DNA of 64,000 nucleotides, taken from the NCBI GenBank assembly GCA_964019335.1, contig OZ025725.1, forward strand, positions 310,001 to 374,000, read 5' to 3'. The notes beneath the pieces are model-generated. The model worked only from the letters and a program-made list of their open reading frames with translations. It was not told the DNA's origin and did no database searches. Positions 36,441 through 46,145 of the stretch are shown here, piece by piece. Positions within the stretch are counted from its first letter, which is position 1. Every line of letters begins with the position of its first letter. The stretch comes from Diplonema japonicum. Taxonomy: Eukaryota; Protista; Euglenozoa: Diplonemea. A program made the translations under genes and the position numbers.

Positions 36441-37115
36441 ATGCAAAAGGCTATCGCAGCACTGATGATGGTTGCGGCCGTGTCGGCCCAGGACAAGGTT
36501 GTGGTGAACTTCTACGGGGAGTCCCTCTGACCCGGGTGCGATGCGGCCGTGAAGGGCCCCATCAACAGCACACTGTCTGCTGAGGGCATCTTTACGATCA
36601 TGGACTTCACCTACTACCCCTTCGGGAACGCTTACGTAAAGGTCGCTGAGTGCAACGGCAACCAGGGGTTCCAGTGCTGGAACGAGAAGTGCGGTGCAGG
36701 TGTGACCAGCCCCCCCAGCGACTGCTACACTGGTGACATCGTGTGCCAGCACGGGAACGGGGAGTGCTACGGGAACCTTGTTGAGACATGTGTGAAGAAC
36801 GCTACAAAGGAGGACGCTTCCAAGTACATGCCCTTTGTGTACTGCTTCGAGGCTAGCGGTGACGCCTCGCCTGCACTCCTCAACAAGTGTGCTCCTATGT
36901 TCGGGCTGAACCCCCAGGTCATCAGCAGCTGTGCTGCCGGCCCCAGCGGGAAGGCCCTCATGGCCAAGGACGCCAAGGCCACCGCAATGGTGCAGGGCCG
37001 TGACTACGTCCCTTACATCACAGTGAACGGGAAGGTTCTCCAGGACACGAGCCTCCTGCTGTACACAATCTGCTACGACTACAAGGGCACAAAGCCCTCC
37101 GGCTGCCCTTTCTAA
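36441..37115 (+). CDS. GILT-family thiol reductase with in-frame TGA (36528-36530) in a UxxC motif; probable selenoprotein
   Basis: MQKAIAALMMVAAVSAQ signal peptide, VVVNFYGESL-TGA-PGC, YYPFGNA, CQHGNGECYGNLVETC GILT signature, YVPYITVNG. Confidence 0.85.
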
Positions 37116-37176
37116 GTTTGACGAGGGGAAAAAGTTTTTTTGTGTGACACCAGCGTGATGTGAAACACCCCTTGTT

Positions 37177-37208
<32 letters not shown>

Positions 37209-37651
37209 CTCGGAAAATTTCACCCTCTCGCAGTTTAGTCGTTGGGCCTGCCTTTTAAATATTTTACTGCTTTTTTCCTGCTCTTTTTTTTTTTTTTTTT
37301 TTTTGTCGCCAGAACTGCCTGTACCCTGTGATGCACCCCGCCGTTTCCAACCAGCCGTTCAAAAGGGTCGAACACTGTGAAAAAGAAAGAAAAAGGTATC
37401 CTCTTTTTATTTTCACGCGAACCCTTTGCTGGTCCAGGTGTGGGTGAGGAGGGACGAATGGTTTTTTTCTATTGTCAAAAAAAAAAAAAAAAAAAAAAAA
37501 AAAAGCATGGAGGTCGTATCTTACAAGGGCAACTCCAGACTAAAGGAGGGGGTCGACACCCGATTTTCTTTCATCTTTTTTATTTTTTTTATTTTTTTTA
37601 CAGTAATTACTTCAAACAAGGTTTACACACACAAAAAAAAAAAAAAAGATA

Positions 37652-38197
37652 ATGACGCATCTCTGTGGGGAAGAAAGCAAGCGCTTCGTGCAGGAAATCG
37701 GGGGGAAGGATAAACTCGTTTCTATGTGCAACAGGTTCTACCAGAAGTTTTTTATCGACAGCCACCTGGACCAGTTCATGTTCGATAAAACCGAGCCCCA
37801 CGGCCAGAGGCTGGGGCTGTGGATGGCTGAAAAAATGACAGGTGAGAGGTCATGGAGCCTTATAAGACACAGAGATTCGAGGTCAATGGCCCATGCAAAA
37901 GCATGGAGCTGCCCGAAGCGACAGGAAAGGGACATCGGCCGCAGATTTAAACTCCCTGACTGCCGTGTGTGGATGCGCTTGATGTTCTGGGCCGCCAGGG
38001 AGGAGGGCCTGGACAAGCACGAAAAGTTTTTCCGATTCTTCTACAAGTTCATCCAGTCCTTTATCGGGGTCTACGAAAGAACGGCGCCCCCTTACACCCG
38101 CGATTCGATGGAGTGGTCCTTAAGCCACAAGGAGGTCGATACCTACATTAGGGACGGCAGGGTAATGAAAGATGTACTCGGGTTGCATGTTCGGTGA
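37652..38197 (+). CDS. Truncated (2/2) globin-like protein, copy 1
   Basis: IGG....MCNRFY..FF.DSHLDQF, LWMAEKMTG, AH, RF..PDCRVWM pattern. Confidence 0.7.
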   Translation: MTHLCGEESKRFVQEIGGKDKLVSMCNRFYQKFFIDSHLDQFMFDKTEPHGQRLGLWMAEKMTGERSWSLIRHRDSRSMAHAKAWSCPKRQERDIGRRFKLPDCRVWMRLMFWAAREEGLDKHEKFFRFFYKFIQSFIGVYERTAPPYTRDSMEWSLSHKEVDTYIRDGRVMKDVLGLHVR

Positions 38198-38271
38198 GGG
38201 AAAAAAAAAAAAAAAAAAAAAAAAAATGAAAAGAAAAAGGAAAATAAAGCTAAGGTAGGCACGCCACCGCC

Positions 38272-38815
38272 GGTGGGCCGTTGCCAACCACTTTTTACGT
38301 TTCCTGTCATATGAAAAAAAAAAAGAAAAAAAAAAAGTTGGAGCCGACTTGTGGTGGTCGTACTGAGATCGATTTTTTTTTTTTTTTTAAATTTTGCGAT
38401 CTGATATCTGATCTGATTTTTTTTTGTACTATTTCTCTCTTTTTTTTTTTGTTGTTCCCATTTTAACTCTCTCTCGTTCTGTTTTTCTTTTTTTTTCTTT
38501 TTTCAGGTGGTGGGGATAACATGGAAATATAAAGAAGTACATCAGATGTGTTGTTCGCTGTTGACCTCCCCGTCGGTCATCACCGGTAGCGCCCAAGTGG
38601 AAGAAGCAGATGCTCTGGGTGGCGAACAGGCAGCAAACTACACGGGCTCAGAATCATGGTTACCCGGGGCGCCCCGGCTGGGGTTGAGCTGCACACCGCA
38701 CGCATTAAGGACACGACGCGGAACGCAGAAGAAGCTACAGCTAGGCCGAGGTGCGCCCCCTGTAATCAAAGAAATGGTGCTTGTGCAGGGTGCCCCCACC
38801 GGCTTCCTTTAAATC
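38272..38815 (+). mobile_element. Short structured non-coding repeat (SINE/SIDE-like) carrying the ribozyme; other copies at 53773-54085 and 3' fragment 55191-55275
   Basis: About 265 nt closely similar to 53819-54085, plus a shared upstream block GGGCCGTTGC(C/T)AACCAC; no convincing ORF. Confidence 0.7.
38506..38643 (+). ncRNA. HDV-like self-cleaving ribozyme, copy 1
   Basis: P1 GGUGGUG(38506-12)/CAUCACC(38578-84); P2 GCUGUUG/CAGGCAGC; P3 ACC/GGU around L3 UCCCCGUC; P1.1 GG(38585-86); P4 CGCCCA/UGGGUG; J4/2 G-C38623-GAA. Confidence 0.75.
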
Positions 38816-39124
38816 ATCAAATTTTTTTTTTCCCTTCCTATTTAGGGCGCAAAATGGTGGGTGTGATGACCAAACCAAGGACGTCTCCACTAAAACAGAG
38901 CTTTTAAAAAAAAGAAGATCCCCCCCCCCCCCCTTTTACTTTTCCCTCCCTCTCTTGAGGAAGAATTTAAGAAAAAAAAAAGAGAAACAAAAAAAGAACC
39001 TGTTTTACGTGTTCTTTTTTTTTGCACAAGGGGGGGGGGGAACAAATTCTGTACCCCCCCTTGAAAAAGAAAATCCTTTTGAACCCTTTCTATTTCTTTT
39101 TTTTTTCAAAACAAAGAACACACG

Positions 39125-39158
<34 letters not shown>

Positions 39159-39190
39159 TTTTTAAACGAAAAGAACCCCCAATAACCCCG

Positions 39191-39742
39191 ATGAGCTTTT
39201 GGACAATGGAAGAGAGTAGGCGCCACGTCAAGGCCATCGGTGGGAAGGACAGGATCGTGGCTATGTGCGATAAGTTTTACGAAAAGTTTTTTGCGGACAG
39301 CCACGTGGCGCAATTTGTAGATGACACAACCGAGCCCCACGGGCAGCGCCTTGGTTTGTGGATTGCGGAAAAGCTAACAGGTCAGAGGTCGTGGAGCCTA
39401 CTGAGGAGCGCAGCAGCTAGGACAATGTCACACGAGAAGTCCTGGTCCTGCCCCAAAAGGCAGGAAAAAGACATGGGGAAGAGGTTCGGCCTCGCAGATT
39501 GCCGCACCTGGATGAGATTGTTTTTTTGGGCAGCTAGAGAAGAAGGGCTAGACAGGCACGAAGGCTTCTTTAGTTACCTTTTCGCGTTCATTCAGAGCTT
39601 TGTGGCCGTGTACGAAAGAACTGCACCCCCATTTGCTAAAGAGTCAGCTGACTGGTCGCTCGACTTGAATAATATCGAGAGCTACATTAGGAACGGCCGA
39701 AACATGGGTGAAGATGTTTTGAGCTTTTCTCATGATCGCTGA
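39191..39742 (+). CDS. Truncated (2/2) globin-like protein, copy 2
   Basis: Clear paralog of 37652-38197 (EPHGQRLGLW, WSCPKRQE, FWAAREEGLD, VYERTAPP). Confidence 0.7.
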   Translation: MSFWTMEESRRHVKAIGGKDRIVAMCDKFYEKFFADSHVAQFVDDTTEPHGQRLGLWIAEKLTGQRSWSLLRSAAARTMSHEKSWSCPKRQEKDMGKRFGLADCRTWMRLFFWAAREEGLDRHEGFFSYLFAFIQSFVAVYERTAPPFAKESADWSLDLNNIESYIRNGRNMGEDVLSFSHDR

Positions 39743-39838
39743 ATAAGCGGGGTTTTTTAAATGAAAAAGAAAAAAAAAAAAAAAAAAAAAAGAGTAGCGC
39801 CGATTAAGGCTTTTCTTTTTTTTTTCTCTTGTCCTTGT

Positions 39839-39875
<37 letters not shown>

Positions 39876-40421
39876 ACTCTCCCCTGTCTATCCCACCACA
39901 TTGCTCAGTTTTTGTGGAAATAAAGGGGGGAAAAAAAAAGAAACGAAGAAGGATTTCTTTTAAAAAAAAAATAGAGAAAATGTCTCTTTTTTTTTCTTCA
40001 TTTCTTTTTTTTTTATTTTTCTTTCAAAAAGTTTCGGAGGTTTCGATTCTTTTTAATGTAGTTTTATTTCTTTTTTTTTTTATATCTCTTGTTACCCCCT
40101 TTCCCCCCAATAAAATGTGGAAAAGGAGTTGAGCCGATAAAGGCCTTTTCTATTTTCTATTTTCTATTTTCCATTTTTTTTTAAATTATTTCTTCCTCTC
40201 TTGTTTCTACCGTTCATGTTTACCCTCTCCCCTGGTCTATCCCCCCACACTGCGCGGTCCTTGTGGGAAAAGAAAAAAAAAAAAGAAAGAAAGAAAAACG
40301 CAGCGGGAGAAAAAAAAAAGTAGAGGGGGCGGGAAAAAAAAAGGGAATTCGCAACACCAATTCTTTTTTTCCCCCCTCCCCCCCTTCTTTTTTTTCTACA
40401 TAATTTTCCTTTTTTTTATAT

Positions 40422-41451
40422 GAGCTCGTCCGGACGAAAATGTCAACACTTTTTTGGGCACCTCCGAAAATTTCTTGTTTTGATTATTTGAGCAAAAAAA
40501 AGGGCAGCATGCAACCATAGGAAGATGACATACATGGTGTACCTGACGCCGTTCTTTCAATTGCGATGCTTGTTTTGCCATGAGGGTGGCAGGCTTTGCA
40601 ACCGGCTGCCCCCGGGAAGCGAAAAATAGAGGTCAGAAAAACGGCGAAAATTGTTTAAAATGCAATTTTATTGCTCAAAATGCAGCATCTAGGGTGCATA
40701 AAATTGGTGTTCAAGCGCACTTGTGACCCCTGGGTACACCAGGGTCGGGTTACTGTTAAAAGTACTTAGCGAAAAATATATGGCGCCGCATAGCCCCTGA
40801 AAACCCGGTTTTTTACACCCTATTTTTTGGCTTTTTTAAGGGGTTCCTAAGGGATTTTGACCTTTTTCAGAAAAACCAATTCTTAACACTTGCCTGTTCA
40901 TGCAGAGCTTCGACATTGGTATCTTTGGGGTCAAACTTTCATTCTCTACCCATCTGCTGAGGTTTTTCCTTTTCTTTTGCACTCATAATACTTTAAAAGT
41001 GAAAGATTTGCTTTTTTAAGGGGTTTTAAAAGGATTTTAGCCTTAAATAGGCCAAAATGGCACTTTAAGGGTAAGTTCTCCCCACCCCATTTTAATAGTG
41101 ATTTAGAGTCCAGCCCACCCAAAATGGCCCCAAAGGTTTCACAGATTTTCAATCTGCGTACATTCCTCCTGTCGCTTTTCACGGAAAAACGAAAATAAAA
41201 AAATGGAGTCTGGGTTATTTGTAACTTCCAAATTGAATCGTTTGCCAAAAACCATTCTAAAAAAACATGTTTTTTGCACGTCGCGTTTTAAAAATAAAAC
41301 AAACGGCGAGCATTTTGACCTATATGGTGTTCAAGCTTAGACTGCATTTCTGCACACAAAGTGGTGTCGGACTCCTTTTTTGACTTAGAAATTTAACGAG
41401 AGTTTTCTGCCGCATAGGAGGGTCATTTGTTGATCTTTTCCGGACGAGCTC
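40422..41451. mobile_element. Non-autonomous TIR DNA transposon with GAG...CTC termini (Sola-like?), long copy
   Basis: ATAT|GAGCTCGTCCGGA ... TCCGGACGAGCTC|ATAT; second copy at 47822-48451. Confidence 0.8.
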
Positions 41452-41531
41452 ATATTATTACTAACGGTCACAAACAGTGGGGGGGGGGGGGGGGGGGGGC
41501 GGGGGAGGGTGTGGAAAAAAAAAAAAAAAAC

Positions 41532-42377
41532 ATGCCCTTGCAAACCATGTCTCAGATGCTTTTGGTCGAACATGAACGGGGTGGGAAAACAGGCACTTTA
41601 TATTCAACATTGATCGGGGTGGCGCTGGTTCTAGGGGTGCTAACACTGCTGGTGAAAAATATGATCCCAAAGCTGAAGCTCAACGAGGAAGCGCTCAAGA
41701 GAAAAGAAACAGAAGAAAGCGTCAGAAGGTTCACAGCCACAGCCGTGGTAGGCTGCCTCTTCAACACCATCTTAGGCCCCTCCGCGGCGATTATGGCAAC
41801 CTACATCAGCATGACCTACGACCGTACTGACCACATGAGATTTGCTTTCACAGACAGTGCATACACCGAGGACCCTTTCACACAACGATTATACTACACA
41901 ATAGTGCTTATAGGTGAACTTTTTGGGGGGTATACCATTCACCAGACTGTGTTTTGGATTATAGGTTGGGACAAGGGTCTAGACACAATCCTTCACCACA
42001 TAGGCTTTCTAACCGTGACTTTCATTGTTGTCCCGACCGGTGCTTATATACAATTGGGGCTGTGGGCTATCGCCATGGAAATCTCCACGCCACCTCTTAT
42101 GTATTACCTGTCTACTAGGCAGCTGTACCCTGCCCGTGTGTCCACTGATGTTGCCGCATACTTATTCAGCTTTTTATTTATTGTTTTTCGTGTGGTTATC
42201 TTTTCCTACGTTTACCTGTCGACACTTTTCACGCTGTGGTCGCACCCCTCGCTCTTTCCCACTACTCTTTCCACCACGAGCCATTGTGCCGTCCTTTCCC
42301 TCCTCGGGCTTGGGCTTGTGCTGCAGCTTTACTGGTCGAAAGCTATTTTTGTAAAGCTCAAAGGGATTTTTGTTTAG
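41532..42377 (+). CDS. TLC (TRAM/LAG1/CLN8) domain membrane protein
   Basis: Multi-TM; ILHHIGF, MEISTP, FIVFRV, LQLYWS motifs; ATG follows an A-tract. Confidence 0.8.
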   Translation: MPLQTMSQMLLVEHERGGKTGTLYSTLIGVALVLGVLTLLVKNMIPKLKLNEEALKRKETEESVRRFTATAVVGCLFNTILGPSAAIMATYISMTYDRTDHMRFAFTDSAYTEDPFTQRLYYTIVLIGELFGGYTIHQTVFWIIGWDKGLDTILHHIGFLTVTFIVVPTGAYIQLGLWAIAMEISTPPLMYYLSTRQLYPARVSTDVAAYLFSFLFIVFRVVIFSYVYLSTLFTLWSHPSLFPTTLSTTSHCAVLSLLGLGLVLQLYWSKAIFVKLKGIFV

Positions 42378-42748
42378 AAGAAACGGAGAGAGTGTAAAAG
42401 AAGAAAAAAAATAATAATAATTTTTGTTTTTTTTGGCCTTGCTGTATAAAAAAGTAATGGGGGGGGAGGAACGAAAATGTTATAAAGGAGGGAAAGAAAG
42501 AAATGGGGGGGGGATTCTACCGAAAGAAAGGAGCCTGATCTCTATGTTTTTTTTTTTCCATGTTTGGTTAGAAACCGTGTACTTACCCCCCCCCCCCCCC
42601 CCCCCCCCTTCCCCCTCAAGAATGTCAACGACCCCCTTTGTTTTAAGAAAGCCTTCGTTCCATCACTACAAGTGGCAACCTTTTTTAAACTTTTCTTTTT
42701 TAAGGCGACCCTGTCGTGTTCTGCAGAGTCCCTTCGAAGACACGTTTT

Positions 42749-42780
<32 letters not shown>

Positions 42781-43009
42781 CTTAGGTTGACTTCACTTTA
42801 AGTAAGAAGAAAAAAAAACCCCCCCTCACACACAAAAAAAAAAAGAGAAAAAAAAAAAGAAAAAAAACCGCCACCACCCTCTCTCTCCCTCTTCTCACAC
42901 AATCTACCCATGATGTGTCAAAAAAAAAAAAAAATAATAATAATAAAATGAAAACACCATTTCTTTCATTTCAAAAAAAAAAAAAAGAAAAAAAAAACAA
43001 CAGTGTCCA

Positions 43010-43039
<30 letters not shown>

Positions 43040-43044
<5 letters not shown>

Positions 43045-44002
43045 AAAATGTATTTTCTCGCCCGGCTTGGAAATGTACGACACGAAGGATTTTGAAGTCC
43101 ATGAAAAGCTGGGAGAAGGCAGCTACGGAGCCGTGCACAAGGTGAAGGTGAAACGGAAGAACACATGGCTGGCCGTGAAGAAAGTAGGTATGGAAACCTA
43201 CGACGAGGGCCTGCCCGCCTGCACGCTCCGCGAGGTATCCTCACTGCTCCTCCTTAAAGGCCATCCAAACATCGTCTCACTCCTCGCCGTTTTCCACGAC
43301 GAGGGAGATGGCTCCTTAATGCTAGGTTTCGAACTATGCTCAGGCGGCGATCTAAGCGATTTCCTAGAAAAGTACGACGGCGGCTACGATTCAGACTCCC
43401 AAGAATCAACCCAATCTGGTAAGGGCAGGCTCATACCTATAGGCACAATGAAACACCTCATCAAGCAGATAGCTACTGGTATCGCATACATGCACAGTCA
43501 CAACATTATCCACCGTGATGTCAAGCCTATGAACATCCTTCTGAACGGGGACATAACATCTGTTAAAATCTGTGACTTGGGAATGGCAAGGTGTATGACT
43601 GATGGCAGGCTGCTGTCTCGTGAGGTTAGCACTATTTACTACAGGGCACCCGAAGTGTTGCTTTCATCTTGTAGGTACGAGGTGAGCTCTGATGTGTGGT
43701 CTGTAGGCTGCGTGTTCGCAGAGATCTTGTGTCATGGTAGGGTCGCCTTTAAGTGCGGTACTGAGGTGGGGCTTTTGATGACTCTTTTTCGGATTTTCGG
43801 GACGCCGACGCCGATTTCTTGGCCGGGTGTGCGGCATCTTCCCGATTGGTCGCCTGCCTTCCCGGTGTTCGCTCCCGCTGGTCTCCGTAGTCTTCCTTAT
43901 TTTACGGATGAGACGGTTGACTTCCTTGCCCCGTTGCTCACCTTAGACCCTTCACAGAGGTGCACTGTGGAAAGTGTTTTGTCCCACCCGTTTATGCAAT
44001 GA
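43040..44002 (+). CDS. Cyclin-dependent kinase-like (CRK) protein
   Basis: GEGSYG, EGLPACTLRE (PSTAIRE variant), HRDVKPMN, DLG, STIYYRAPE, GTPT..SWPGV. Confidence 0.9.
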
Positions 44003-44221
44003 TGGTAAAAAAAAAAAAAAAAAAAAAAAGTCCCCCTGATGGGGGGGGGACAACATCTCTCATGTTTTTATTTGTTTTTTTAAAAAAAAAAAAAAACAAA
44101 ACAAAAAAAAACAAAAAAAAAAATGTTTTTTTGTTGTAAAGAGCCATGAGGTGGTACCTTACTAGTTCACTTATCAGACTTTTTTTGATAGCTCAAAAAA
44201 AAAAAAAAACCTTCGAAAAAA

Positions 44222-44874
44222 ATGGCATTCACCCTTCCGCCTCTTCCCTACCCGCTTGACGCCCTCGCCGGGCACGGGATCTCGAAGGAGCAGATCGACT
44301 TCCACTACAACAAGCACCACAAGGGGTACGTCACGAAGCTGAATGCAGCTGCCGAGAAGACCCCTGAGCTGAAGGAGAAGACCATCGAGCAGCTCATCAA
44401 GGAGAAGGCGCCTGTGTTCAACCTCGCCGCGCAGATCTGGAACCACACCTTTTACTGGAACTGCATGTATGTGGTTTTCGTTTTTTTCTTCTTTTTTTCT
44501 TTTTTTTTTTTTTTTTTTTTTTTTGCAACCACCCCTCCCTCAGGTCGCCCAACGGTGGTGGTGCTCCCACCGGTGCCATTGCTGAGGCCATCAACAAGGA
44601 CTTCGGCAGCTTTGACAAGATGAAGGAGGAGTTCTCCGCGGCTGCTGCTGGCCACTTCGGGAGCGGCTGGGCGTGGCTGGTGAAGGATGGCGACAAGCTG
44701 AAGGTGCACCAGACACACGATGCTGGGTGCCCCCTTGCCGATGGCCTGAAGCCCATCCTCACCTGTGACGTGTGGGAGCACGCCTTCTACATCGACTACA
44801 GGAACGACAAGGCCGCCTACGTGCAGAGCTTCTGGAAGACCGTCAACTGGGACTTCGTCAACAGCCAGCTCTGA
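44222..44874 (+). CDS. sodB: Iron superoxide dismutase, copy 1 (no targeting signal); intron 44467-44543
   Basis: [37 protein letters not shown]; splicing gives NCM|SP. Confidence 0.92.
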
Positions 44875-44983
44875 GCATTTCTTTTTTTTTTTTTTTTTGA
44901 ACGTTTTTTTCTCTTAACCCTTTTAGAAACACCCTATTGCCCGCACTGACTGACCGAATTGAAATTAACATTCCCCCTACCCT

Positions 44984-45019
<36 letters not shown>

Positions 45020-45220
45020 ATTTCTGCTTTTTCTGTTTCTTTTTAAAATATTTGCTTGGCTTTGTTATTCCGTGTCGACAAAGGATATAGAGCCAGCAGG
45101 CTCACTCTTTTTTTAAGAAAAAATATTTTTTATTTAAATATTTATACGTGTTGTCTGCACTTCCTTAAGACTTGCCAGGGGGTGGTGAGAATAGAAAGAC
45201 AAAATATTCAAAAAGAAAAA

Positions 45221-45869
45221 ATGGCCTTCACCCTTCCGCCTCTTCCCTACCCGCTTGACGCCCTCGCCGGGCACGGGATCTCGAAGGAGCAGATCGACTT
45301 CCACTACAACAAGCACCACAAGGGGTACGTCACGAAGCTGAATGCAGCTGCCGAGAAGACCCCTGAGCTGAAGGAGAAGACCATCGAGCAGCTCATCAAG
45401 GAGAAGGCGCCTGTGTTCAACCTCGCCGCGCAGATCTGGAACCACACCTTTTACTGGAACTGCATGTATGTGGTTTTCGTCTTTTTCTTTTTTTTTTTTT
45501 CCTACAATCACCTCCCTCAGGTCGCCCAACGGTGGTGGTGCTCCCACCGGTGCCATTGCTGAGGCCTTCAACAAGGACTTCGGCAGCTTTGACAAGATGA
45601 AGGCTGAGTTCTCCGCGGCTGCTGCTGGCCACTTCGGGAGCGGCTGGGCATGGCTGGTGAAGGATGGCGACAAGCTGAAGGTGCACCAGACACACGATGC
45701 TGGGTGCCCCCTTGCCGATGGCCTGAAGCCCATCCTCACCTGTGACGTGTGGGAGCACGCCTTCTACATCGACTACAGGAACGACAAGGCCGCCTACGTG
45801 CAGAGCTTCTGGAAGACCGTCAACTGGGACTTCGTCAACAGCCAGTACCAACGGGCGTCTAAACTGTAA
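45221..45869 (+). CDS. sodB: Iron superoxide dismutase, copy 2 with C-terminal PTS1 (-SKL); intron 45466-45520
   Basis: Near-identical to copy 1 but ends [10 protein letters not shown]. Confidence 0.92.
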
Positions 45870-46145
45870 TTAACCGCCTATATTTTCTTTTCTCTCCCTT
45901 TTAGTTCGCTCCCTTTTGCAAATCACAAAAAGAGCTCTCTTTATAGTGTTGGGAGGAGAACGTGCTTTTTTTCTTTTCCTTCTTTTTTTTTTTATATTAT
46001 TTGTGACAAGAAGGCTTGACCAGGTCCCTTTGTCTTCGTACGTTAAGTTAATATTTTTATTGCCGCCGCCCAAAAAATGTGTCCAACCTCATCACCAGAA
46101 CAGCTCAAAAAGAAAAAAAAAAAAAAAAAAAGAAAGACAGTAAAT

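Noticed and set aside
36528-36530. Genome-wide UGA reassignment or GILT pseudogene
   Set aside because: UGA terminates many neighbouring genes at sensible positions. The single TGA sits exactly at the catalytic Cys with no other lesion, favouring Sec.
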